From Owenia fusiformis (lineage: Eukaryota): DNA of 64,000 nt. The notes under the pieces were generated by a model. That model saw only the letters and a list, made by a program, of their open reading frames with translations, did no database searches and was not told the origin of the DNA. Shown here one piece after another: positions 53,202-64,000 of this stretch (position 1 is its first letter; every line of letters begins with the position of its first letter). Position numbers and translations under genes: made by a program. The stretch covers positions 21,204,001 to 21,268,000 of the forward strand of contig CAIIXF020000001.1 in NCBI GenBank assembly GCA_903813345.2, in the 5' to 3' direction.

Positions 53202-54670
53202 GTACAGATATTGCTATTTGTTTGTTCTAGTAATCCTTGACCTTGTTGTTGTACAAACAGGGGTGTAACCAAATTCAAAAAATAGATGAGACAAAAAGGG
53301 AAATAGTGATTTGTAGCTGGGACAATTCTTGATAACTTTTTCAATTCTCAATATTTCTTCATGAAATTTTCACAGGATAAACTTCAAAGCACCTAACATA
53401 CAAATATTTTGTTTAACTCATAATCAGTTTTTCCAAAATGATGGCCAAATTCTTATAAAAGACCAATTTTGCATCTTCAGATACATAATAATTACAATAG
53501 ATAATAACAGTATTTATTCCATGGTTACAAGGATAGATGGAATATCAGGTGAAGAAATATTTGATATGTGGATCAAGATATCATATTTTAGCAAAAAATC
53601 CCCAAACCATCGAATATCACTTCTCAAACCATTGAATATCACTTCTAACTTCTAACTAAAAAAATTCTATTTTTTGAAAAGTTTTTGTAAGATTTTTTAA
53701 AATTTATTTTTAGATTGGAATAAACGGACAATCCTATGGCTTTTCAAAAATATCAATTATATCCACTCGTGGATATCAATATCTTTACTCATTTGCTGCA
53801 ATCACTTGTGAAGATATCAATATTCATTCATTCATAAATTATATTATTTCAAAACCATAAGATATTCCTATAATATTTGAAAACTAATTTAACAATATTT
53901 ACTTTTGGTGCAAATAAATAGGTCTATCTATCAAATTTGAAATCTACATATAAAATTAGATTTGGAAAAGTGGTTTTTAAGATTTTTCATCAACTTTGAA
54001 ATATTTGCTTTTGAAAATTCTAGACTGGGTAAATTTCCCATAGAGCCTCTGTTATAAAATCATGAAATATAAAATATTTTCTTTTATGGACAAAAAAAAT
54101 ATTTCTTTAACTGGTGGAGATACTGTTAATTGGTGGTAACCAACTTCTGGCACTTTGGTAATTACAAGATAATTGATAAATAACATCGTACTCAGAGTTG
54201 TACATCAAAAGTCACATTGTTTTTTTTTCATATTTGCATGTCAAAAATAAGACATTCACCATTATTTTATAGGTAATCAATTGGAAATGACAGTCTTATT
54301 TAGAATAAAAAAAACTCTTAAACTACATGTAATTAAGCAGTTATTATTTAAGGTACATGTCATTGATTTGCAAGACTATCAGGATAATTTGTATTGAACC
54401 CATGAATGGCTCATAAGGAAATTGGATTGTTTAAATGAATGCTTTATTGCTCTAATTTGAAGTATTTTTGAAAATTTTTGTTAGTAAATTACATCTTATT
54501 AATACCCTGTCTTCCGGAGTTCATGATAAGAGGAGAGGATTAAATTAGCTGGCACTGAAGACATTTTCTCTCCCATTATATTCTTAATCCCAGGAAAACA
54601 ATCTTTTTCCTTTTGTGTAATCAAGTTTTCACACCTTGGTCATTGCAATCTATTCATACCTCAATGCATT

Positions 54671-57600
54671 TAGTGTGGGAGCAAAAGTCCAAATAAGAGG
54701 TTCCGTGTCCTTTTTAGAGGCGAGCTAAACGACATATGTTTTCATGAACTAGAAATGATACTGATCAAGAAAAATGATGTTGGCAATTCTGAATCCGCGA
54801 CGGCGTTGCTATGGTAACCAAGTAAATATGCCACGCCCACTTTTAGGGGCTCTTTTCAGTGTATGGCCCCTATCTCTGTCATTATTGCTCAGATTTAGAT
54901 GAAATTCACACCAAATAGAAGATAATGGATAATGCAATCAGGAAATATTAAGTTGGCAATTCTGAATCCGATATGGCGTTGCTATGGTAGCAAAGTAAAT
55001 ATCCCACACCCACTTTTAGAGTCTCTTTTCAGTGTTTGGTCCCTATCTTCATCAATATTGCCCAGATTTAGGTGACATTTGTACCAAATGAAAGGTCATG
55101 GAAAGAGCAATCAAACGGTTTAAAAAATATGCAAATAAGGTGATTTACATATTAATTATGACGTCATAACCGTTTGTTCTTGCATATTTAATTTTAATCA
55201 TGATGTATAAATCTGGGAAATTATTGTCTTTAAAATGGTCAGTAATGCTCCTAAGTAGTTAATTAGTTCATTTCTTTTTGATGAGTTAATTAGTTTATTT
55301 CATTCATACATGTATGGTCATAAAAATTGAAAAAATGTAATGAAAATATCCAATTTAAGCTGTTGCTATGGTAACAGTATGTTGCAAAACTATCTGCTGT
55401 GAAAACAATTCTTTGGGAAATGTTACATTTTGACTAGTTGACTGACATGTATTCCTTTTAAAATTTGATGGCTGTCAGAAAATAACCTAATAACGATATA
55501 AAATTATATTATTTGGATTGTGTTATATTATGATGTCATAATGGCTATTATTAATCAGGGGTGCAACCAGCTTTCAATCAGGGGGAGGGGTGCGATATCG
55601 GCATAAGCAACTCAAAAAAGTTTAATTTGACTTGAATTTTACAAAAATTCCTTCAAAATTGAGCTAGAAGCTTCAAGTCAAAAGCATTTTTAAAGCTCTT
55701 CTGCCGAAAGAACAATGGAAATGACGTCTTGGATCTCCTGCTCTAATGGTTCTATTTTTATTGCTAAATTGGGGGGGGGGGGGGTTGGCCCAATCACACC
55801 ACCTGGCTATCCCTATTTTAGCTGTTGTATTCAGGTGATTATGCCATCCCCACTTTTCAGGTCTTTTCCAAAGTCTTGATTCTATCAGTTGTCATGATGA
55901 TAGCTCTGGTGTATATGCAATTTTCATCAAATGGAAAATAATCCAATCTATCCACCAGTTATCTTAAATGATAAACAAATTGAAAAAACTGACATTCATA
56001 AACACCTAGGCTTCATTTTTGATAAAAAATTAAGTGGGTCAGCACATATAAATTCTATCTGTGCAAAAATCCAAACAGCTCTTAACCCCTTAAAAGCACT
56101 TAAGGGTAGACTAAAATCAAAACAATTAAATATTCTCTATACAGCTTATATTCAGTCCTTATTTGATTATTGTGATATCCTTTACGACTGTGCTCCTATT
56201 TTTGACCTTAACAGACTTGACAGTCTCCAGTACCAAGCTGGTCTAATAGTCTCTGGTGCTCTCCCAGGCTCCAGCACTTCCAAAGTACTTAACATTTTGA
56301 ACTGGTCCACCTTAACTGAGAGGAGGATCCTCCACTTTAAAACAATTATGTACAAAGCCGTGAACGATTTAACACCTATTTATATCTCAGATATATTTAG
56401 GCCATTCATAAATCCTCAAGCAAGATTGTTAAGGAAATCTCGAGATTTCACTATCCCTATTCACTATCCACATAAGTCTCCAATATACAAAATGATGAAC
56501 CTATGGAATGATCCAGGATCTGTTCCCTTGGAACAAAAGCTCTTGCCAACTATTGCATCTTTTAAAAGAACACTTAAATTAAATTTGTTCCCTGGTGTTG
56601 TTTCAACAATTTGTTTAAAATTAACTCGTCAACAAGAACTTTATCTGAATAGAGCCAGGGTAGATTTAATTTTAAAAGCCCAGCTCAAAGCCCACAATTG
56701 GAGCTCAGCTGAGTCATCAAATTGTTTATGTGGTTCCCCTGAAACTTTTCCCCACTTCTTTTTCAAATGCCCTCTGAAAGAACAACAAAGAAATAAATTA
56801 ATAACAGATACTTTAGGGATATATGGGGACTTATTAACTCATTTCAGAACTCAGCAAGACAAAATTCACTTTTTTCTTTTTGGGGATCCATCATTAACCC
56901 AATTAGAAATGGATAATCTATTTTCACTGGTTGCGAATTATCTCATTGAAAACACAACCAGAATCTAAATATTTTCCTGCCTATGACCTGTTTCCAATTT
57001 TCAACATACTACCCCCCCCCCCAGGATATCAGCAGCCCTCCTATCTTTTGTTTCATTGCAAGGCATTCTACCATACACAGGTGACATCCAGGTTAAAATG
57101 AATATTGTACTTTATTGTTTATTTATATAAGGGGACATCTAATGCTTACAGCGCTTTGCCCCTTGTAATTGTATCTAAATGACTTGTGCTTACAATAAAT
57201 ATGAAAGATGATAAAAAAAATCAAATGGAAACTAAAGAATCAGACGATGCATGGGGAATGTAGATTGACAGACTGATATACCTGTTATGGTATGACTACC
57301 ATAGCTGTTTTCGAAATTATTTTCTTGAAATAAGGTAAAATTGCTCAAGATGATTCCAAATTGGTATCTAGTCCTTTTACATTTACCATAAAAGTAGGTT
57401 AAAGCTGAAAACAATGATTGATTTACATTATATTTCTTTACACGTATAAAGTATGATCAAGAAATATTGTGGGCAATTCTGAATCTGCGATGCCGTTGCT
57501 ATGGTAACCAAGTAAATATGCCACACCCGTTTTTAGGGGCTCTTTTCAGTGTTTGGCCCCCATCTCCACCATTATTGCTCAGATTTTAATGAAATTCAGA

Positions 57601-60506
57601 GTAAATTGAAAGTAATAGATAATGCAATCAGGATATATTAAGTTGACAATTCTGAATAAACGATGGCGTTGCTATGGTAACAAAGTAAATATGCTCCACC
57701 CACTTTTAGGGGCTCTTCAGTATTTGGCCCTTATTTTCTTCATTATTGATCAGATTTAGATGAAATTTGCACCAAATCAAAGGTAATAGATGGAGCAATC
57801 AGACAGTTAGTAAACTATGCAAATAGGATGATTTGCATATTGATTATGACGTCATAAATATTTGTTCTTGCATATTTTATCTTAATCATGATGTATTAAT
57901 CTGTGATATTATTGTCTTTAAAATAGTCAGTAATGCTTTTAACTAATTAATTAGTTTATTTCTTTAAGTTGAGTTTATAATTTTATTTCATTCATACTTG
58001 CATGGTCATAAAAACTGATGGAATCAAAAATGTATTGAAAGTGTCCAATTTATGCTGTTGCTATGGTAACAACACGTAGCAAAACTATCTGATGTAAAAA
58101 AAATTCTTTGGGAAATTTTACATTTTGACTAGCTGACTGACACATGTATTCTTTTTAAAATATGATGACAGAAAATAATCTTATAACTATAGAAAATTAT
58201 TTAATTTGGATTGTGTTATGTTATGATGTCATAATGGCAATTATTAATCAGGGGTGCAGCCAGCGTTCAGTCAGGAGAGGGGGATTGCGCTTGTGGCATA
58301 AGCAACCCAAAAATGTTTTTAAGATTTGTTTTGAATTTTACAAAATTGATGCACCTTCTTTCAAAACTGAGCTAGAAGCTTCAGGTCAAAATGATTTTAA
58401 AGCTCTTCTTCTATTTAATGGTTCTATTTTTTTTGTTTATGGGGGCGCACCCATCGCACCCCCTGGCAATGCCTATGTTAATCCAATATGATGTTGCTAT
58501 GGTAACAAGGTGAATATGCCATCCCCTGTTCAGGGCTTTTTCAAAGTTTCGCTTCTATCTTTGTCATGATTACAGCTTGAGTGTGTATGAAATATTCACC
58601 AAATTGAAGCTAAAGAATCAGACAATGCATGGATTATGTATATTGACTGACTGGCATACCCATCGTGGCATTAATAGCTGCTAATGGTTTTGAAATCCGA
58701 AAATATGTTCAACGTCAATTAACATAAAAAATAATATCATTTTATGGTATAGGTCAATACTTTTGCCTATTTCATCTTTTTAGGTCATGTAGACATAACT
58801 GTACCAATTCTGAACCGAATGGTTGGATATCGGATTTCAAAACCAAAAGCATATCTTAAATCAGGGGCTTCCATACTCCATACTTGTAAAGAAATGGAAT
58901 CAATCATAGTTTTCAGCTTTGACCTCATTTTATGGTGAATGTCAAAGGACAAGGTTCCAATTTGGAATCATTTTGAGCAATTTTACCTTATTTCAAGAGA
59001 TAATCACAAAAAGCATAACAATAATAATGATACCATAACAGGTACTGTACTCCTGGTATTTTTCGCCTGCGATTTAGTTTCGTGCTTGATAAAAAAGCAA
59101 AAACTAATCTTTGCAAAATTGTCGTGGGGATTTCTGAAATTTAGTATTACAATTTGTGTTTTGTAAAATGTTTGTCAAGTGTTTTAGGCGATTAATGGGA
59201 TAGTTAGTACCAATGTCTGTTACAGAGGAATCATTTTGAGCAATTTTACCTTATTTCAAGAAAATAATCACAAAAATCAGCTATGATACCATGACAGGTA
59301 CTTAGTTTGTCAGTCAGCCAATCTACATTATTCATGTATCGTCTAATTCACCTAGCATATTCACCTAATGGTTACCATAGCAACATCAAGTTGGATTAAC
59401 ATAGGCAGTGCTTAGGGGGGGGGGGGGGTGCGCTGGGTTCACCTATCCCCTCATATCTGATAAAAATAGAACCATAAGATAAAAGAAGGCTTTCGACTTG
59501 AAGCTTTTTGCTAAATTTTGAAGGAAGTTTTTTTTCAATTTTTGTAAAATTCAAAACCTATCTTATAAATACTTTTTGATTGCCTGTGCCACGATCGCAG
59601 GCCCCCTTCTGACTGAAAGCTGGCTGCACCCCTAATTAAAAATTGCCTTGCCATTATGACATCATAATATAACAAAATCCAAATTTAATAACTATGGTTA
59701 TTAGATTATTTTCTGTCATCAAATTTTAAAAAGAATACATGTTAGTCAACTGGTCAAAATGTAACATTTCCTAAAGAATTCTTGTTTACAGCAGGTGGTT
59801 TTGTTGCATGCTGTCACCAAAGCAACAGTGTGAATTGGACACTTCCATTATATTTATTCAACTATTATGATCATACATGTGTGAATGGAATAAACTAATA
59901 AACTCAACCAAAAGAAACAAACAAGACTAGTTAAAAACATTATACGGACCATTTTAAAGACAATAATTTACCAGATCTATACATTATGATTAAAAAAAAA
60001 TATGCAAGAACAAAGAGTTATGACGTCATAATTGATATGAAAATCACCAAATTTGCATATATTAAAAAGTGTCTGATTGCTCTATCTATTACCTTTCATT
60101 TGGTGCAAATTTCATCTTAATCTGAGCAATAATGACTAAGTTATAGGCCAAACACTGAAAATAGCTCCGAAAAGTGGGTGTGGCATATTTACTTTGTTAC
60201 CATAGCAACGCCATATCGGATCCAGAATTGCCAACTTAATATTTCCTGATTGCATTATCCATTAGCTTCCATTTGGTGTGAATTTCATCTAAATCTAAAC
60301 AAAAATGACAGAGATAGGGGCCATACACTGAAAATAACCCCTAAAAGTGGGCGTGGCATATTGACTTGGTTACCATAGCAACGCCGTCGCGGATTCAGAA
60401 TTGCCAACATCATTTTTCTTTGTAAGTATCACGTATAGTTCATGAAAATATATGTCGCTTAGCTCGCCTCTAAAAAGGAAACGGAATGACCTTTGCTCCC
60501 ATACTA
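54671..60506. mobile_element. Non-autonomous Academ-like foldback element with ~1.2-kb TIRs, an internal direct copy of the arm and a LINE insertion
   Basis: TAGTGTGGGAGCAAA...TTTGCTCCCATACTA termini, 3-bp TSD ATT (54668-54670 / 60507-60509). The left arm (54671-~55900) is inverted at ~59230-60506 and directly repeated at ~57450-58610. Confidence 0.75.
55938..57220 (+). mobile_element. 5'-truncated non-LTR retrotransposon (CR1/L2-group LINE), RT thumb to C-terminal zinc knuckle, 3' UTR and A tail
   Basis: ORF 55931-56968 contains KHLGFIFDKKL, YTAYIQSLFDYCDILY and CLCGSPETFPHFFFKCP. AATAAA and a short A tail follow. 11-bp TSD TCAAATGGAAA at 55927-55937 and 57221-57231. Confidence 0.9.
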
Positions 60507-60873
60507 ATTCATTCTGTAAATAAAATACATTTATTTCATTTTCATTTGTGAACAAAATTTTTATTGGATAATTCTGTCTTCAGGGTTACAATTTCTTCTT
60601 TTCTCAAAAGATTTTGTGTATATCAGATATTGCCATTAGTGCTGCAATATGAAGATTCATTGACGAGTTCTTCCAGTTTTAAAACTGTATTATCATTTGT
60701 CATGTTTCAAAAGGGAAGAATTTTACTTCTTATGAGAAGTGTTAACATCAAGATAGCTCGGAGGTTGTGGATAAAATAGGAAGCTAAAATTATTCATATT
60801 TCAAATGTTGTATTTATACAGTAGTACAAATACCGCATGTATATATTTGGCCCCATAATAAATTTCTTGTCTC

Positions 60874-62003
60874 TTAGCATCCAAGGATGTCAAACCTCAT
60901 GGATATGTGATTATAAAAACTCTGTGGATTGATGCGGGCAAATCTGGCTAGCACAGGTGGCTGAAGCATGTTAGTAACTTTGCTGCTTCGGTCTGCATTC
61001 CCTTGTAAAATCTGAAAAAAGAAATCATGTTGTGAAAATTTACATTGAGAATGATTATACAAAATTTGAGCTTTTTGAGCTTTTGACAAATGTTGGACAT
61101 TACGATCGTATGTACAAATGTTTTATTACCGATCCATAGTGTTCCAGATTGCTGTCAGTTTTGCCATAGAAAAATTTGTATGATTTCACCCATTGGCTAT
61201 ATGAATCTCTTCCCTGAGTGATCACTCCCGTCACTAACATAACTTCACCAAGGTCTGCTTGAATCCATGTCTGCGTATCATATCTATCTGCTGACCAGGC
61301 TCCTTGCATTAATCCTCTGGAATTGTTGCAAAAATTTAAGCAAGTAGTGTGTAGCTATCTTTTGGCGTTAATGATACAGAAACCATGCTTGATTCAAAAT
61401 GGTTGCAATTTCTCGGGAAAAATACCAGCTGTCGTATTTAGTCCAAATTCTGTAGGCTAATGCCTTTGACAGGCTAAAGCCACCTCTACATCCAGAAGAA
61501 ATTTATAACATGGGTCACATCACATCATAGGTGTAGATTTTTCTAAAAGGTGACAATACCACTCTTTACTTCCTGGTTCTTTCTTTCATGTTATGTTGAT
61601 GATGAATTCTTTCAGTGATCTCCCCAGCATTAAACCAAGTGGGTGCAGTACCCACCTGAGATTTTAAAAACAGGCTTGCACCTACCTGAAAATCCATTTG
61701 CACCCACTTGAAAATGAGAAAAATCATGAAAAATGGGCATATTTTGATTGTGAAAATGAGAATTCTGCACCCACTTGAGAAAAAATCCTGTGGAGAACAC
61801 TGGATTTGATAAAACATGTTTTGTTTGGTGGGATTTGCTACGCTGTGGAGTTAGTGTCTTTCTAGTTTGAAATACGTACTCATCTGGAGTGTCTAATCTA
61901 GATCTGTCAGTGCGATGACCATGTCCAAAACTCCCTGATGCTGTAATTCTTGTATTGTCAACATCGTAGATATCTCCAGATACTAGCAATTCTCTGCAGA
62001 CAG
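60874..62003 (-). CDS. F5/8 type C (discoidin) domain protein, 3' exons (5' partial)
   Basis: Exons 61880-62003, 61130-61316, 60874-61011 are phase-consistent. Motifs ITASGS, SRLD, GAWSA, WIQADLG, TGVITQGR, QWVKSY, GNAD, PPVLARFARINP, SMRFDILGC*. Confidence 0.9.
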
Positions 62004-63042
62004 CTAAATCATAACAGTAATGTTTTCTCAATGGAAAAATGTATTTTTTTCATTTCATTATGCCAACAGATAATAATTTCAGTAATTTGTGAACCCTCTC
62101 TTGCTTGTTAGTGCAGATGCCCACTATATTTTTGCGGAAAGTGAAACAGTAGCTCACACCAAATATTGTTAGACATTAAGCACTTTACTACTTGACAAAG
62201 CGATTCCCTTATACTAAAAGCACCCTATGCAGACAGTGCTATTCTAAAACAATCCCCGTGGATTTATGTGTGCGTGATGCAGACTTTAACAGCCACTTTT
62301 GAATTTGAATTCCTGATATTTCATTAACTAACGCATGTTGGATACTCATATTGTCTATAGACACCTAAAAAAGGATATTGTGTTGATAGTTGTGTCATTC
62401 AGTATTGGTGATCAAGATGACCTAACAATATAAATTATTTTTGCATTTTGAAAGTCATAAACTTTCTGTGCGATTTTATAAAAAAAATAAGAAACATTTA
62501 ATGGATATATAGCAGATAACTTCAATAAACTGGAATCTTTATAATTTGATGATAACATGTTTTGTTTCAAGAATGGACTTGGATCATAGTTAAGGATGGT
62601 CCCAAATAAATCCCTTTATTACTAATTGATATACAGTGTAGCGTGTGCCAAAAACGTGAAATTAGTGAAGCGTTATATTAATTGAGAAATGTACACTTTG
62701 ATGAAAGGATTGGTATTGATATGGTGAACTGAATTCAACATTGTTTTCTCTCAAACCAATTATTAAAAATGCTGTACTTTATGAAATGGTCACTGATTGA
62801 AAACAATTTAATGTTATTAAGTGCAATTGTTTTTGTTCCTTTCTACCAATTCTTGAGAATGATATAAAAGATCTTTCCGAACCTCTTTGGAACTAAATAG
62901 CATATTCAACTAAGGCCTCTCAATATTATAGTTCTACAAAGGAAACTTTGGTTCAGTTAACAAAAAGTATTCAAAAAATTAAATCAAAAACCCCAAAAAT
63001 AGATAAAAATTAAATTAAACCTTTTATTTTATTAACAAGGTA

Positions 63043-63567
63043 CCGGATTTTCTCGCATATACGCCCCCCTAAATTTAGGCCCATGCGCCAAAAATCGAAT
63101 GTAGTACGCTTATACGCCCATGGGCCCACTGGCGGATTGGTGGGGGGCTGGGGGCCCGGGCCCCCCCCCCCCTTGGGTGGGCCCAGAAAAAAAAATTTGG
63201 CCCAAAAAAATTTTGTGCCAAAAAAATCCTTCAGACCTCAAAAAGTGGGCCTTTTTGGTCATTACTAGGCCTTTTAAGGCCTTATTTAATTTCAGGCCTA
63301 ATTTTGAAGAAAATGGGCCTCAAAATTTGGGCCCACTTTTGGGTTTTAGGGGACGTTTTTTTTTCTCACCTGAAATTTGGGCCCCCCCTTGTTGGTGCCC
63401 AGATCCGCCCCTGAATCATCAGCTCTTCTCACCTTTACGCCCACTGGGCCAAAAAATCGAAAGTAGTACACTTATACGCCCATGGGCGAAAAATAAGAGG
63501 TAAAATAACAGACAAAATTACCTTTCTTTCAGTTATATGCCCAGGGCTTATATGCGAGAAAATCCGG
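63043..63567. mobile_element. TA-flanked MITE (CCGGATTTTCTCGCATATA TIR) with a nested GC-rich MITE at 63127-63413
   Basis: TA|CCGGATTTTCTCGCATATA...TATATGCGAGAAAATCCGG|TA; the nested copy matches 44297-44617. Confidence 0.8.
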
Positions 63568-63819
63568 TACTTTTTTTAAAGAGAGAGCTAAACACATAAT
63601 TTTATTCTAATGAGGTTCGGATAAAAGTGTTCAATTCAGTTCGCCATATTGATACCAATTTTTTACACAAAATACGTAAAATTTGGAGTTACATATGAGC
63701 TGATTTTGCATGTTGACCAGACTAGTTCCCTGTTTATTGAGGTTATCCACATTATAAAATAACACAGAAAGTTGATAACTTTTGAAATGAAAAATAATTT
63801 GTATCTGTATTTGTAGTCC

Positions 63820-64000
63820 ACCCGTATAGCTCAGTGGTAGCACAGGTACCTCTTATGCAATAGGTCCCAGGTTCGATCCCCGTTTCAGGCAAGACTTAAT
63901 TTGCTTTTTTGCGTGAAGTACTTCAGGGTGTTTGACTGAGTGGTCCTCAACTCATACAAAAGGGTGTGGTGTGTACTTGTATGTCTATGTATAAGTGCAC
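63820..64000 (+). mobile_element. tRNA-derived SINE (Nin/Deu-like core), runs off the window end
   Basis: A box TAGCTCAGTGG 63827-63837, B box GGTTCGATCCC 63870-63880, no clean cloverleaf. The downstream body is shared with a headless copy at ~48279-48350. The Nin-like call is from recalled consensus only. Confidence 0.7.

Noticed and set aside
55931-56968. Host or domesticated 345-aa gene
   Set aside because: It has a TSD, an A tail and RT-thumb/zinc-knuckle motifs; it is a truncated LINE.
63820-63892. tRNA gene
   Set aside because: A and B boxes are present but the acceptor and anticodon stems pair poorly, and it continues into a repeated body; better explained as a SINE head.

Overview
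AT-rich, intron-rich animal genomic DNA. The repeat inventory suggests a marine lophotrochozoan, but that is inference. The centre holds a complete 26-coding-exon SMC6 gene on the minus strand (42816->20573, about 1104 aa). It lies head-to-head with the RRM-coding 5' exons of PPIE/Cyp33 (plus strand, 45057->53201; no cyclophilin exons found in the window). The 3' end of an F5/8 type C (discoidin) gene is on the minus strand (62003->60874). Two small spliced membrane-protein genes are not resolved by the ORF track: a divergent synaptobrevin/VAMP-like tail-anchored protein (minus, 16735->13409) and an 86-aa single-TM protein (plus, 1353->5218). The main finding is in SMC6: the exon for the C-terminal coiled-coil/neck-to-head junction exists as three (possibly four) tandem, diverged, intact phase-0/0 paralogous exons, which look like a mutually exclusive exon cassette. 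Nearby, a 9 x 110-bp tandem amplification of an SMC6 acceptor plus exon start creates potential in-frame 36-nt micro-exons. The rest is transposon-derived: two Academ-type elements, a mariner relic, a 5'-truncated LINE, HINE/Helentron-like elements, MITEs and a tRNA-derived SINE. All exon structures were inferred by eye from splice signals and frame consistency, without transcript data.
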